Below, one piece after another: positions 7,490 to 18,624 of a stretch of DNA of 32,000 nucleotides. The stretch covers positions 2,640,001 through 2,672,000 of the forward strand of contig NC_009925.1 of assembly GCF_000018105.1 (NCBI RefSeq). The letters run 5' to 3'. Both the position numbers and the translations under genes were made by a program. Position 1 is the stretch's first letter. Every line of letters starts with the position of its first letter. This DNA is from Acaryochloris marina MBIC11017. Lineage in GTDB: Bacteria; Cyanobacteriota; Cyanobacteriia; Thermosynechococcales; Thermosynechococcaceae. Below the pieces are notes generated by a model. It saw only the letters and a program-made list of their open reading frames with translations. It was not told the origin of the DNA and did not search any database.

Positions 7490-9841
7490 ATGGCAAGCCC
7501 TGGATCTTCTCCCTTTTCCCCTGAAGAAATTGCTACTGAAGGGCTAAAGCCCGAAGAATACGACGATATCGTTCAACGATTGGGTCGCCATCCCAATCGA
7601 GCCGAACTGGGCATGTTTGGCGTTATGTGGTCCGAGCATTGCTGCTACAAGAATTCAAGGCCTTTACTTTCGCAATTTCCCACCGAAGGTAAGCATGTAT
7701 TAGTTGGCCCTGGAGAGAATGCCGGAGTCGTCGATTTAGGCAATGGCCTCCAGCTCGCCTTCAAAGTCGAGTCTCATAACCATCCTTCTGCCGTTGAACC
7801 GTTTCAGGGGGCAGCAACGGGAGTCGGCGGCATCTTAAGAGATATTTTCACCATGGGTGCCCGCCCCATTGCCGTCCTCAATTCCCTGCGATTTGGTGAT
7901 CTAGACGATGCTCGCACCCGCCGTTTATTTAGTGGGGTGGTGGCCGGAATTGCCCACTATGGCAACTGTGTGGGCGTGCCGACCGTGGGTGGTGAAGTTT
8001 ATTTTGATCCTGCCTACACGGGCAATCCCCTCGTCAACGCCATGGCTATGGGCCTGATGGAGACCGCTGAGATTGTCAAAGCTGGGGCATCAGGCGTGGG
8101 TAATCCGGTGCTTTATGTGGGATCTACCACCGGGCGAGACGGTATGGGAGGGGCGAGCTTTGCCAGTGCTGAACTGGATGCCACCTCTGAAGTAGAAGAT
8201 CGACCCGCTGTTCAAGTCGGTGACCCATTTTTAGAAAAATCTTTAATTGAAGCCTGTCTAGAAGCCTTCCAAACCGGAGCGGTGGTTGCTGCTCAAGATA
8301 TGGGGGCAGCTGGCCTGACCTGCTCCACTGCCGAAATGGCAGAGAAAGGCGGCGTGGGGATTGATCTGGATTTAGATCTAATTCCCAACCGAGAAACGGG
8401 GATGGTGCCCTACGAATATTTGCTCTCCGAATCCCAAGAGCGGATGTTGTTTGTGGCCGAAAAAGGTCGGGAACAGGAGCTGATTGATATCTTCCACCGT
8501 TGGGGTCTACAGGCCGTCGTTGCCGGTTCAGTCATTGCTGAACCCATTGTCAAGATTCGGTTCCAAGGAGAAGTAGCGGCAGAAATTCCCGCGACCGCCT
8601 TATCCGACAATACGCCAATCTATAAGCGTGAGGTGTTAGCTGAACCCCCTGAGTATGTCCAGAAAGCACGGGAGTGGAGTTGCGATCGCATCCCCCCTGG
8701 CACCGCTGAAGGCATCGAAATCCAAGGCAAACTGAACTCCTGGTCAGACATCCTCCTCCAGCTTCTACAAGTCCCCACGATTGCCAGCAAACGCTGGGTG
8801 TATCGTCAGTACGATCACCAAGTCCAAAACAACACCGTCGTCTTGCCCGGTGATGCCGATGCCACTATCGTGCGTCTCCGTCCCGTCGCCCACCAAGAAA
8901 CTCCTGATCAAGGCGTAGACTCCAAAACTGCAGTTGCCGCCACCATCGATTGCAACTCTCGCTATGTCTATTTAGATCCCTATGAAGGGGCCAAGATGAC
9001 CGTAGCCGAAGCCGCTCGCAACTTGAGCTGTGTGGGTGCTGAGCCGATTGCCGTCACCGACAACCTCAACTTTGGCAGCCCCGAAAAACCTATTGGCTAT
9101 TGGCAGCTAGCAGAAGCCTGCCGAGGACTCTCAGAAGCCTGTCGCCATTTACAAACTCCAGTCACGGGCGGTAATGTCTCCCTCTACAACGAAACTTTTG
9201 ACGCTGATGGTCAGCCTCAGCCCATCTATCCCACCCCTGTTATTGGCATGGTGGGGTTAGTTCCCGATCTCACCAAGACCTGTGTCCAGGGCTGGCAAGC
9301 AGACGGCGATCTGATTTATCTACTCGGAATTCCCCTCGACGTCCAAAGTGACCTCGTTACCCTAGGAGCCACGGAATATTTAGCCAGCATTCATCATCAG
9401 GTAGCCGGTGAACCACCCCATGCCGATTTAGATCTAGAAGCCCAAGTCCAAGCCACCTGCCGCCACGGCATTCAGCAGGGCTGGCTCCACTCGGCCCATG
9501 ACTGTGCAGAAGGGGGAGTGGCCGTCGCCCTAGCCGAATCCTGCATCAGTGGCCAACGAGGGGCTGACATTCAAGTTCCTACCGGTTCAAACCGCTGGGA
9601 TCAGGTCTTATTTGGTGAAGGGGGGGCCAGGATTGTCATTTCTGTCAGCGCAACTCATCAAGCCGCCTGGGAATCCTATTTACAAGAACATCTACCTCAA
9701 TATTGGCAACAGATAGGAACCGTCACCACCCCCAATTCAGAGCTCACCCTCACAACAAATGTTCACCAAACCTTAATCAAGGTTAGGATTGAAGAGGCCA
9801 CTCAACGATGGGCTCAAGCCATTGAGTCCAAGCTGGCGTAA
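7490..9841 (+). CDS. purL: phosphoribosylformylglycinamidine synthase subunit PurL (FGAM synthase II)
   Basis: 783 aa. [44 protein letters not shown] and repeated AIR-synthase-like domains. Confidence 0.95.
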
Positions 9842-9926
9842 ATCCAGGCTGCTTGAGGCTGGAAAGGACAAATGTTTGTAATGTGTCAGTTTTTCTGGTT
9901 TATTCCGTTTACTTAACGACTTAAAT

Positions 9927-11435
9927 ATGTTTCCTGCTGCTTCTGTCCCATCGATTCCCACTGGCAACGATCCCGTTGATCCCCACCTTTCCACCGAATC
10001 GTGGTCCGAAGACAAACCAGAAGAAGCCTGTGGCGTGTTTGGCGTGTTTGCGCCCGGTTTAGAAGCCGCCAAACTAGCTTACTTTGGTCTCTATGCCCTC
10101 CAACATCGAGGTCAAGAATCCGCAGGGATTACCACTTACACCCCAGAGGGGAAAACCCACACCTACAAAAACATGGGGTTGGTCTCCCAGGTCTTTTCAG
10201 AACCGATTTTGAATGACTTACCCGGCCATATTGCCGTTGGTCATACCCGCTACTCCACCACCGGTTCGAGCCGAGTCGCCAATGCCCAACCCGTCGTCGT
10301 TGAAACCCCTAAAGGCTCAATCGCCTTGGCCCATAATGGCAATTTAGTGAATACCGTCGAGTTTCGCAAAACGTTACTGGCCAAAAACTGTCCCCTGGAA
10401 ACCACCACAGATTCTGAAGTGATTGCCTATGCCATTGGCGAAGCAGTCAAAGCGGGCAAGGACTGGTACTCCAGTGTGATTGAAGCTTGTCAGCAATGCG
10501 AAGGGGCCTTCAGTCTAGTGATTGGCACACCGACCGGCATACTCGGCGTTCGCGACCCCCAGGGAATTCGCCCTTTGGTCCTCGGTACCATTGACACGGA
10601 TAATCCCGATAAACCCCATTACGTCCTCGCCTCCGAAACCTGCGCCCTCGACATCATCGGAGCAACCCACGTTCGTGAAATCGAGCCAGGGGAAATTGTT
10701 CATATCACGGCTGACGGCATTACCTCCGATACCTGGGCTCCTAAGCCTGAGCGAAAATTGTGCATCTTTGAGATGATTTACTTTGCTCGCCCCGATAGCC
10801 ATATGAAAGGCGAAAGTCTCTATAGCTACCGCTTGCGTCTGGGTCACCATCTCGGCAAGGAATCTCCCATCGATGCAGATATGGTGATTGCAGTCCCCGA
10901 TTCTGGTGTGCCTGCCGCCATTGGCTATTCCCAAACCAGCGGCATTCCCTATGCCGAAGGATTGATTAAAAATCGCTATGTGGGCCGAACCTTTATTCAA
11001 CCCACCCAAGCCATGCGTGAAATCGGGATTCGCATGAAGCTCAACCCACTCCGAGATGTCTTGGAAGGGAAGCGGATTATCATTGTCGACGATTCGATTG
11101 TTCGAGGCACCACCAGCTACAAAATTGTCCGTGCCCTCCGCGAAGCAGGCGCCACAGAAGTCCATATGCGAGTCTCTTCTCCTCCCGTGACGCATCCCTG
11201 CTTTTATGGCATTGACACGGACGATCAAGATCAGCTGATCGCAGCCACCACCTCGACCTCCGATATCGCTCAAAAAATTGGGGTTGACTCCCTTCACTAT
11301 CTCAGTTGGGAAGGTATGTTAGCGGCAACCGGACGTAACCCTGAGAATTATTGTTCAGCCTGCTTTACAGGAGATTATCCCATCTCCATTCCTGAACCTC
11401 TCAAACGTACAAAACTCATGTTGGAAAAAGCATAA
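9927..11435 (+). CDS. purF: amidophosphoribosyltransferase
   Basis: Propeptide ending ...DKPEEA, then the catalytic Cys in CGVFGVF. PRPP loop IIIVDDSIVRGTT. C-terminal Cys ligands of the 4Fe-4S type. Confidence 0.95.
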   Translation: MFPAASVPSIPTGNDPVDPHLSTESWSEDKPEEACGVFGVFAPGLEAAKLAYFGLYALQHRGQESAGITTYTPEGKTHTYKNMGLVSQVFSEPILNDLPGHIAVGHTRYSTTGSSRVANAQPVVVETPKGSIALAHNGNLVNTVEFRKTLLAKNCPLETTTDSEVIAYAIGEAVKAGKDWYSSVIEACQQCEGAFSLVIGTPTGILGVRDPQGIRPLVLGTIDTDNPDKPHYVLASETCALDIIGATHVREIEPGEIVHITADGITSDTWAPKPERKLCIFEMIYFARPDSHMKGESLYSYRLRLGHHLGKESPIDADMVIAVPDSGVPAAIGYSQTSGIPYAEGLIKNRYVGRTFIQPTQAMREIGIRMKLNPLRDVLEGKRIIIVDDSIVRGTTSYKIVRALREAGATEVHMRVSSPPVTHPCFYGIDTDDQDQLIAATTSTSDIAQKIGVDSLHYLSWEGMLAATGRNPENYCSACFTGDYPISIPEPLKRTKLMLEKA

Positions 11436-11557
11436 GCCTGTTTCCTTCCAAAGCTAAAGATACTGAAAATGGCCTAGAAGAGGTCATCTAAGCTGTAAGC
11501 GTTAACCTTTTAAGCTTGCACTGATCCCATGGAAATACTGAATCACTACACCACGAG

Positions 11558-12433
11558 CTAGTGAACAGATGGTGGTAGCTCCAACGTCACTTTCCCCAAT
11601 AAACCTTTGCGAAAATCATTGAGAACCTGTTGAGCCATACGCTCTAGATCCCCTTGATGTCGCTGTTCTGCTGCGGTAGCTAAATAATCTGCGGCGGTTA
11701 TGGACGTAGGATCGAGCTGATAGCGAGTTTGCAAAACTTGGTTTGGCAAGAATCCAGGCTTCGACTTAGAAGACTCTAACCCTTGGATCAACTCAATTAA
11801 GGCCGTGGCTACCAACTGATTCTCATAGGCAGCAGTGCCGATATCATCACAAATGGCCAATTTATAGGCGGCTTCTTGATTATTTAATTTGGCCGGTAAT
11901 ACACCGGGGGTATCTAATAGTTCTAAATCTTGAGAGACCCGTACCCAGCGGAGTTGGCGAGTCACCCCTGGACGGCGAGCACTTTCAACAATGCGACGCT
12001 TCAACAGACGATTGATTAAAGCAGATTTACCCACATTCGGGAACCCCAACACCACCGCACGCACAGGGCGAGGTCGCATACCGCGATTGCGCCGTCGTTG
12101 ATTGATACTAACACCCACTTTTTCGGCTGCTTTGATCACAGCTTTAATGCCCTTACCATGCTGAGCATCCGTACAGTGGGGCACCTGGCCTTCGGCCTTA
12201 AGAGCATCAAGCCAGAGCTGATGAGAGACCGGAGTAACCAAATCAATCCGATTCAAGACCAGCACATGGGGCTTATCTCCAATCCATTTCTGGATCTGCG
12301 GGTGATGACTGGAGTGGGGAATGCGAGCATCCCGAACTTCCAGCACCACATCTACCTTTTTGAGCTGCTCAATTAAGGCTTTTTCAGCCTTGGCGATATG
12401 ACCGGGATACCACTGAATAGGGGGAGTGGACAT
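11558..12433 (-). CDS. rbgA: ribosome biogenesis GTPase A (YlqF/RbgA, circularly permuted GTPase)
   Basis: IQWYPGHIAKAEKALIEQLKKVDVVLEVRDARIP, then LNRIDL (permuted G4), GFPNVGKSALIN (G1) and DTPG (G3). Confidence 0.9.
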   Translation of the reverse strand: MSTPPIQWYPGHIAKAEKALIEQLKKVDVVLEVRDARIPHSSHHPQIQKWIGDKPHVLVLNRIDLVTPVSHQLWLDALKAEGQVPHCTDAQHGKGIKAVIKAAEKVGVSINQRRRNRGMRPRPVRAVVLGFPNVGKSALINRLLKRRIVESARRPGVTRQLRWVRVSQDLELLDTPGVLPAKLNNQEAAYKLAICDDIGTAAYENQLVATALIELIQGLESSKSKPGFLPNQVLQTRYQLDPTSITAADYLATAAEQRHQGDLERMAQQVLNDFRKGLLGKVTLELPPSVH

Positions 12434-12437
12434 AAAC

Positions 12438-15400
12438 CTAGAGTCGCTCTAGGCGATCGCGCAAGATCTCAGCTTGTTTCTCAGCTTCAGCCAGAGTATC
12501 GCGTGCCCCCTGAACAACTGCAGGTGGGGCTTGGTCTACAAAATTGGCATTGTTCAAGCGACCGCTACAGGACCGAATTTCAGCTTCTGCTTTTTTCAGA
12601 TCCTTGTTGAGTTTGGCTTTAAGAATTTCCACGTCCACCACACCACTGAGGGGAAGGAGGACTTGAACCGTACCTACTACACCGATAATGGTCTGTTTGA
12701 CTTCCCCTTCAACGGTGGGGGTAATACTCAAAGATTCAACTCTGGCTAGATCTTGGAGATAGGTTTGACCCGCTGTGAGGATTTGTCGTTCGCGATCGCT
12801 TTCGCTTTGCAAAATCACTTTAATCGGTTGCTTAGGCTTAATACTGGCTTCTGCCCGCAGATTGCGAATGGTACGAATGGTCTCAATCACTAGCTCAAAC
12901 TGCTCTTCCAGCCCCGGATCGACCCAGGCCGTGAACTGTTCTGACATTGCACCTAAAATTTCTGTGGGCTCGGGCGGTGAATTTTTAGGTGCACTATCCT
13001 GTGCGGCATCGAGATCATCGTGGGTCTCTGAATCATCATGAGCCTCTGGCATTGCAGGTTCTGCCAAGGCCAAATCTCCGCCTAGCGCTTCAGCCGTCGT
13101 CTCCAACGTCTTGGCATCATTCAGCAGCGGTAAAATTTCTTCCGTTTTCTTTTGCAAAGATTCCACCCAAGCTTTGCGATCGTCATACCAAAGCAGGCGA
13201 CGATAGCCAAAGTTAAGGGAATAGCCCAACCCCACCAATTCAAAGAAACTTCCTAAGAAGGGAACGTGATTAATGGCCCCTAGCACCGCTGCCACAACCG
13301 CCAAACTGACGATGCCCAAGAAGAACGCACTGCTCCAGAGGAAAATCGTTTGATTCGCGTTCAGAAAACGCCCGACGCTAGCAGGCAATTCTCCAAAGGC
13401 CAGGAAGGCATCCCGCCAACTGAAATCACGAATTTCGGGTTCAGGCTCTGACGTCTCGTCAGCTTGAGCAGTCGACTCTGGCTCCGGTATCGTTTCAGGT
13501 TCAGGCGCTGCTGCTTCAGCAGGTGCATTTGCACTATCTGCAGTCAGTGGTACCGTTTCAGTCACCAACTGGATATCAGCAGCTTCTGGGTAAGGCTGGC
13601 TGGCTAAATACTGCTCTGACGTCGGTTGAGTCAGGGTCTGCCAAATCTCTTCCGTAATATGGGGCATAAACGGATGAAACAGCTTCAGGGTTCCTTCCAA
13701 CACATAGGCGAGGGTTTGCTGAGCCACTCGCTGAGAGGTCGTCCCCTCCTGGCGCAGCCGAGGCTTGACCAGTTCGATATACCAGTCACAAAAATCACCC
13801 CAAATAAACTCATACAGACCTTTGGCCGCTTCACCTAAACCATAGGCATCCACTTGATTGCGGGTCTGCTGTACGAGGCGATGATAGCGAGACAAAATCC
13901 AGCGATCTGCCAGTTCTAGATCAGCGATCGCAGGTTGCCCCAGCTGCTCAGGCGTTTGTCCCTTCAGGTTCATCAACACAAACCGTGAGGCATTCCACAA
14001 CTTATTAGCAAAGTTACGAGACGCTTCTACAGAAGTGGATTCATCGGTTGTGCGGTTATATTCTAGGCGAATATCTTGTCCTGCACCAGCCACTTCTCGA
14101 ATCAGAGTATAGCGAAGAGCGTCCGTGCCATATTTGTCGATCAAGATCAGCGGATCGATGCCGTTATTAGACGACTTGGACATTTTTTTATTGTTTTCGT
14201 CTCGCACCAAACCGTGGATATAGACATCCTTAAAGGGCATCTCTCCCGTGAAGTGTCCCGCCATCAGGGTCATCCGGGCGACCCAGAAGAAAATAATGTC
14301 AAATCCCGTCACCAAGGTAGCGGTGGGATAGTAGGTAGATAAATCCGCCGTTTCTTCGGGCCAACCCAGGGTAGAAAAGGGCCACAATCCAGATGAGAAC
14401 CAGGTATCTAAAACATCTGGATCCTGAAGTAGCTGTACATCAGGTCCAAACTGTTCTACTGCTTTTTGCTGGGCTGATTCCGCATTTTCCGCCACCACAA
14501 ACGGCGTATCTTCTCGGATTTCGCCCTCGGTTTCACTAATGGCGTACCAGGCCGGGATTTGATGTCCCCACCACAGCTGTCGGGAAATACACCAGTCCCG
14601 CAGATTCACCAGCCAATCGCGATAGACCTTCGTCCACCGTTCAGGGATAAATTCAGGTGAATTTTGGTCATCCAAGAATGCCAGGGTGCGTTTGGCAAGG
14701 GGTTCGGTTTTGACGAACCATTGGGTGGAGATTAAGGGTTCAACAGGTACCTTGCCGCGATCGCTATAGGGAACACTATGACGATACGCTTCTATTTTCA
14801 CCAGACAGCCGTCTTCTTCTAGGCGAGCCACCACGCGTTTACGGGCTTCAAACCGATCTAAGCCTGCAAAAACGTTGCCGTTTTCATTGAGAGAGCCATC
14901 CTTATTAAGGATATTAATGAAGGGCAGATGATGTCGCTGACCCATGGCAAAGTCATTGGGGTCATGGGCAGGCGTGACCTTGACACAGCCCGTTCCAAAT
15001 TCGGGGTCGACCAACTCATCGGCAATGACTAGAATTTCCCGTTCTGTAATCGGTAGCTTGATGGTTTTACCAATTAAGTCTTGATAACGCTCATCGTTGG
15101 GATTCACCGCTACCGCCGTGTCGCCCAACATCGTTTCTGGGCGCGTGGTAGCGACTTCTACCGCACCAGAGCCATCACTGAGGGGATAGCGGAAATGCCA
15201 GAGATGACCATCTACTTCTTTATTTTCTACTTCCTGATCGGAGACTGCTGATTGACTGGCAGGACACCAATTCACCATATAGTTGCCCCGATAGATCAAT
15301 CCCTCCTCATGCATCTGCACAAAGGCCTTATTGACCGCCTTAGACAGCCCCTCATCCATCGTGAATCGCTCACGGGTCCAGTCCACCGAAACGCCTAATC

Positions 15401-15809
15401 GCCGCTGCTGATGGACAATTTTGCCCCCCGATTCAGCTTTCCAGCGCTTCGCCCGTTCTAAAAATTCATCCCGGCCAATGTCATAGCGGGTTTTACCTTC
15501 CGCCTGCAGCTGCTTCTCCAGAATGGTATGTACCGCAATGCTGGCATGGTCCGTTCCCGGTAACCACAGGGTATTATCACCAATCATGCGATGGTAACGA
15601 ATCAGCACATCAATTAACGCCGCCTCAAAGGCATGACCCATATGCAGGCTGCCTGTCACATTCGGTGGAGGAATGACGATGCAGTAGGGGTCACCCGTAT
15701 GGTTCGGATCTGCTTTAAAGACGTTGTTCGCTTCCCAAGTCTCTTGCCATTTGGCTTCGGTGGCCGCGGGATCATACTGGCTAGATAGGGATGGAGCGGT
15801 GGCAATCAT
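12438..15809 (-). CDS. valS: valine--tRNA ligase carrying an internal membrane-anchor (CAAD) insertion
   Basis: HIGH-type motif [14 protein letters not shown], and the class Ia editing domain. 1123 aa, about 200 aa longer than a plain ValRS. Stop TAG at 12438-12440, 4 nt from the rbgA ATG. Confidence 0.95.
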   Translation of the reverse strand: MIATAPSLSSQYDPAATEAKWQETWEANNVFKADPNHTGDPYCIVIPPPNVTGSLHMGHAFEAALIDVLIRYHRMIGDNTLWLPGTDHASIAVHTILEKQLQAEGKTRYDIGRDEFLERAKRWKAESGGKIVHQQRRLGVSVDWTRERFTMDEGLSKAVNKAFVQMHEEGLIYRGNYMVNWCPASQSAVSDQEVENKEVDGHLWHFRYPLSDGSGAVEVATTRPETMLGDTAVAVNPNDERYQDLIGKTIKLPITEREILVIADELVDPEFGTGCVKVTPAHDPNDFAMGQRHHLPFINILNKDGSLNENGNVFAGLDRFEARKRVVARLEEDGCLVKIEAYRHSVPYSDRGKVPVEPLISTQWFVKTEPLAKRTLAFLDDQNSPEFIPERWTKVYRDWLVNLRDWCISRQLWWGHQIPAWYAISETEGEIREDTPFVVAENAESAQQKAVEQFGPDVQLLQDPDVLDTWFSSGLWPFSTLGWPEETADLSTYYPTATLVTGFDIIFFWVARMTLMAGHFTGEMPFKDVYIHGLVRDENNKKMSKSSNNGIDPLILIDKYGTDALRYTLIREVAGAGQDIRLEYNRTTDESTSVEASRNFANKLWNASRFVLMNLKGQTPEQLGQPAIADLELADRWILSRYHRLVQQTRNQVDAYGLGEAAKGLYEFIWGDFCDWYIELVKPRLRQEGTTSQRVAQQTLAYVLEGTLKLFHPFMPHITEEIWQTLTQPTSEQYLASQPYPEAADIQLVTETVPLTADSANAPAEAAAPEPETIPEPESTAQADETSEPEPEIRDFSWRDAFLAFGELPASVGRFLNANQTIFLWSSAFFLGIVSLAVVAAVLGAINHVPFLGSFFELVGLGYSLNFGYRRLLWYDDRKAWVESLQKKTEEILPLLNDAKTLETTAEALGGDLALAEPAMPEAHDDSETHDDLDAAQDSAPKNSPPEPTEILGAMSEQFTAWVDPGLEEQFELVIETIRTIRNLRAEASIKPKQPIKVILQSESDRERQILTAGQTYLQDLARVESLSITPTVEGEVKQTIIGVVGTVQVLLPLSGVVDVEILKAKLNKDLKKAEAEIRSCSGRLNNANFVDQAPPAVVQGARDTLAEAEKQAEILRDRLERL
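12921..13562 (-). other. about 214-codon insertion in valS: acidic/Pro-rich linkers flanking a two-helix CAAD/CURT1-like membrane domain
   Basis: The insert runs [10 protein letters not shown]...SEQFTAWV. The hydrophobic core [24 protein letters not shown] and [20 protein letters not shown] (about 13191-13424) splits the otherwise contiguous ...[10 protein letters not shown] / [16 protein letters not shown] ValRS sequence. Confidence 0.7.
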
Positions 15810-16094
15810 AAACTTAAAATACTCTGAAGAGGAGAATACGAGCCTGTAAACTAAGGCAGCATTAGATTAAATTCTGCCATATTTACCTGTGCCTGTCGGT
15901 CTTTCCTTACAAGGATTGATCAATTGCCTCTTTGAACTTGGCGGCAGTAACGCTAGAATAACCGGAGAGACCAAACGTCGGTAGGCCAAGTTTTGGCTAG
16001 ATTCAAGAAGATTTATCCTTTCGTCCTGAGTTAGTTGACTTACCTCCGCATCCCAATCTCGATACATTGTTCATTTGATTTTTGAAGGTAAGGT

Positions 16095-16382
16095 ATGACA
16101 GTTTACATCGGTAACCTATCTTATGAGGTTACAGAGGACGATCTAAGCGCAGTTTTTGCGGAATATGGAGAAGTCAAGCAGGTCAAGCTTCCTGTGGATC
16201 GTGAATCAGGTCGCAAACGTGGATTTGGATTTGTAGAAATGCAAGACGAATCTAACGAAGAAAAAGCCATCGAAGAATTGGATGGGGCTGAGTGGATGGG
16301 CCGGACCTTAAAGGTCAACAAAGCCAAGCCTCGCACCCCCAGACCCACTAGCAGTGGATGGGGCGGCAACCAAAGATATTAA
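16095..16382 (+). CDS. RRM-type RNA-binding protein (cyanobacterial Rbp, short C-tail)
   Basis: RNP2 is VYIGNLSY and RNP1 is KRGFGFVEM. 95 aa. Confidence 0.9.
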   Translation: MTVYIGNLSYEVTEDDLSAVFAEYGEVKQVKLPVDRESGRKRGFGFVEMQDESNEEKAIEELDGAEWMGRTLKVNKAKPRTPRPTSSGWGGNQRY

Positions 16383-16450
16383 TCCAAATATCATTTATGG
16401 GGTTGAGGCAAACTCAATCCTAGCAACAGTAACTGTTGCAAGCCTCATCA

Positions 16451-16488
16451 GGTAAGGGTAGCGACCCCATCCTCCCTTACCTGCTTTT
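16451..16488 (+). terminator. stem-loop plus T-run after rbp (partial terminator/attenuator before rpsU)
   Basis: GGTAAGGG (16451-16458) pairs with CCCTTACC (16474-16481), followed by TGCTTTT. Confidence 0.4.
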
Positions 16489-16553
16489 GATGTCTAGGTG
16501 TACAGTATTGCCTGGCATCCAAACGTTCAACCATATTAGTTGGAGAATCTTGA

Positions 16554-16745
16554 ATGACCCAAGTGGTCCTCGGAGACGATGAGCAATTAGAATCCGCGCT
16601 GCGTCGATTTAAACGGAAAGTATCTAGAGCCGGCATCTTTGCCGACATGAAAAAAAACCGCCATTTTGAGACTCCCGCTCAAAAGCGACAGCGGAAAATG
16701 ACTGCCAGACACCGAGAACGACGTAGGATGCGTGGCCGTAGGTAG
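16554..16745 (+). CDS. rpsU: 30S ribosomal protein S21
   Basis: [37 protein letters not shown] plus a basic tail. 63 aa. Confidence 0.9.
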   Translation: MTQVVLGDDEQLESALRRFKRKVSRAGIFADMKKNRHFETPAQKRQRKMTARHRERRRMRGRR

Positions 16746-16831
16746 ACAAAGGTGTTCATTACACTTGTGACCCAGTGGGCAAATAACGCGTTAGTCCACT
16801 GGTGCTGTTCATTCATCTCAGGAGCATAATT

Positions 16832-17260
16832 ATGGCAGCCGCTAAAGTCGGAGACACCGTATCAATTCACTACACGGGAAAGCTGGATGATGGTTCCGTC
16901 TTCGACTCTTCTTTAGAGCGCGAGCCTTTAAAATTCTCCATTGGGGGACAGCAAGTTATTCCAGGATTTGAGCAAGCCGTTATCGGCATGAACCCCGGTG
17001 AGTCCAAAACCGAGACGATTGTCTGCGATCAAGCCTATGGTCCCCGCCATGAAGATATGGTAGTCACCGTCCTCCGGGAGCAAATTCCCAGCGATTTCGA
17101 CTTAGAAGTGGGGCAACAATTGCAGATCAGAAACCCCGAGGGACAAGTCATTCCGGTGATGGTCAGTGAGATTATTGAAGATCAAGTCACCCTAGATGGC
17201 AATCATCCCCTAGCCGGTGAAGATTTAACCTTTGAGATTGAGTTAGTCAGCATTGCATAA
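16832..17260 (+). CDS. slyD: FKBP-type peptidyl-prolyl cis-trans isomerase (SlyD-like, with insert-in-flap domain, no His tail)
   Basis: GDTVSIHYTGKLDDGSVFDSS...PLKFSIGGQQVIPGFEQAVIGM...LDGNHPLAGEDLTFEIELV. The ATG at 16832 has AGGAG 7 nt upstream and is preferred over the GTG at 16802. Confidence 0.85.
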   Translation: MAAAKVGDTVSIHYTGKLDDGSVFDSSLEREPLKFSIGGQQVIPGFEQAVIGMNPGESKTETIVCDQAYGPRHEDMVVTVLREQIPSDFDLEVGQQLQIRNPEGQVIPVMVSEIIEDQVTLDGNHPLAGEDLTFEIELVSIA

Positions 17261-17274
17261 TTCCCTCATTTATC

Positions 17275-18339
17275 TCAGGGAGAAGGGTTTGAGGTAGCAA
17301 GGGGCACCAGTAACAAGCTGCCCTTCTTTGACTCCGAATTAAACCGCCAATATTGCTGATAGTGGCGAAGAAAGTTTTGACCCAGAATACCGTCTACTTT
17401 CAGTACTTTGAGAATGCTGGAAGATAAAACGATCACATCTATATCGCGCTGCTGATGATGATGAAGGGTAGCAGAGTCCAGTTGCGATCGCATCGCATCT
17501 TCCAAACCACAAAATCCCCGAATTTGAATCGGACTTAACGTGGCTGTATCCAAGTTGAGCTTTGCTGCCACCTGCTCAGAAATAAAGGTGCTGTCCGCCG
17601 CCGTATCTAGCAACACCCGAAATGGCCCTTTCCCATTCATATAGAGCTGTGCCACCATCACCCCTAGTTTTTCCTGGAGGGGTACTGCCATTGCGATCTC
17701 ATCGACAGGCAAGGGCGTTGGTGGCAATAAGCTCAGGGTTGCTTTGCCGGGGTGCAAATGTAAATCAAACTGCCTCAACACATCCATTCCTAAGACCCCA
17801 GACAATTCTGCGGGAATGACCGTATTGGCAAACTGCAGACTATGCAGTCCTTTGACCTGGAGCTGGCCCAACGTTAGTGGGGGGAGCTGCTGGAGCGTCG
17901 CATTCATATTGGGACAGTCATTCCCTGCCACGGCAAAGGACAGCCGTTGATTGGGGATAGGCGTTCCTTTTAGGCCCAGTGTCTCAACGACAGGTGTGGC
18001 CACCATTGAGGTGGACGCTCCAGTATCCACTAACCATTGGGTTGACAGCTCCCGCAATTGAGCCTTCACGGTATAAACAGACGTGCCTGGCAACGCGAAC
18101 AGGGGCAATCGAGCGCGCCCCTGTACCTGAGGCTCAGGCACCTTCAGTCCTTGCAACTGGACTATGGCCGATACTAAAGCAGGATCCATAGGAGTCATCG
18201 CTTTCTCTTCCGACCGAACCCCTATCTGATCCGCCATCTCTCCTGAGAGAATCGGCTGGGCTAAAGCCCCACCCATGGCATTCCCCCATAGGCACAAAGC
18301 CATGCAACTTTGCCAAACCCATCTTGTTTTCAGACTCAT
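17275..18339 (-). CDS. secreted protein with two tandem retropepsin-like aspartic protease domains
   Basis: Signal-peptide-like N-terminus. Domain 1 has LVDTGAST (DTG at 18019-18027) and GVLGMDVL. Domain 2 has LLDTAADS (DTA at 17599-17607) and GILGQNFL. Confidence 0.65.
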   Translation of the reverse strand: MSLKTRWVWQSCMALCLWGNAMGGALAQPILSGEMADQIGVRSEEKAMTPMDPALVSAIVQLQGLKVPEPQVQGRARLPLFALPGTSVYTVKAQLRELSTQWLVDTGASTSMVATPVVETLGLKGTPIPNQRLSFAVAGNDCPNMNATLQQLPPLTLGQLQVKGLHSLQFANTVIPAELSGVLGMDVLRQFDLHLHPGKATLSLLPPTPLPVDEIAMAVPLQEKLGVMVAQLYMNGKGPFRVLLDTAADSTFISEQVAAKLNLDTATLSPIQIRGFCGLEDAMRSQLDSATLHHHQQRDIDVIVLSSSILKVLKVDGILGQNFLRHYQQYWRFNSESKKGSLLLVPLATSNPSP

Positions 18340-18624
18340 AGCTCCCTGATTGTCGATACCCTAATGAGCTACCTCCAGCCTGCCCAAATCGTTTAACTTC
18401 TCTTGCAAAATGGGCATACAAGATTATGAAGCCTAGGTCGTTTTTAGCGCTTCATCTGCAGAAAAAGTGATATTGTTGACTTTTTTATAGTTTCTTGACG
18501 TATATGATCTTTATAAATAGATATTAGTGTCTACACCTTGACGTCATTCTCAAGGGATTTGTACCCATCCATATGGCTGCTGGCCCCTTAATTCTGCAAA
18601 TTCAGTTGGGAAGACCTATCAACC

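Noticed and set aside
7318-7491. 57-codon minus-strand ORF (MYSIPIAQV...KVKARKN) whose ATG overlaps the purL ATG.
   Set aside because: It has no SD and an AT-driven composition (Lys/Asn/Leu/Ile), and it sits in the purL promoter region. It is the only longish frame in the AT-rich gap and is probably chance.
10515-11297. 260-aa ORF antisense to purF. Similar shadow ORFs lie at 5023..5472, 8410..8610, 12474..14342 (several), 17622..18191, 18588..19137, 20012..20823 and 22138..22417.
   Set aside because: Each lies wholly inside a confidently identified gene on the other strand. They have low-complexity, Arg/Gly/Ser-rich translations and no SD. They are typical antisense shadow frames.
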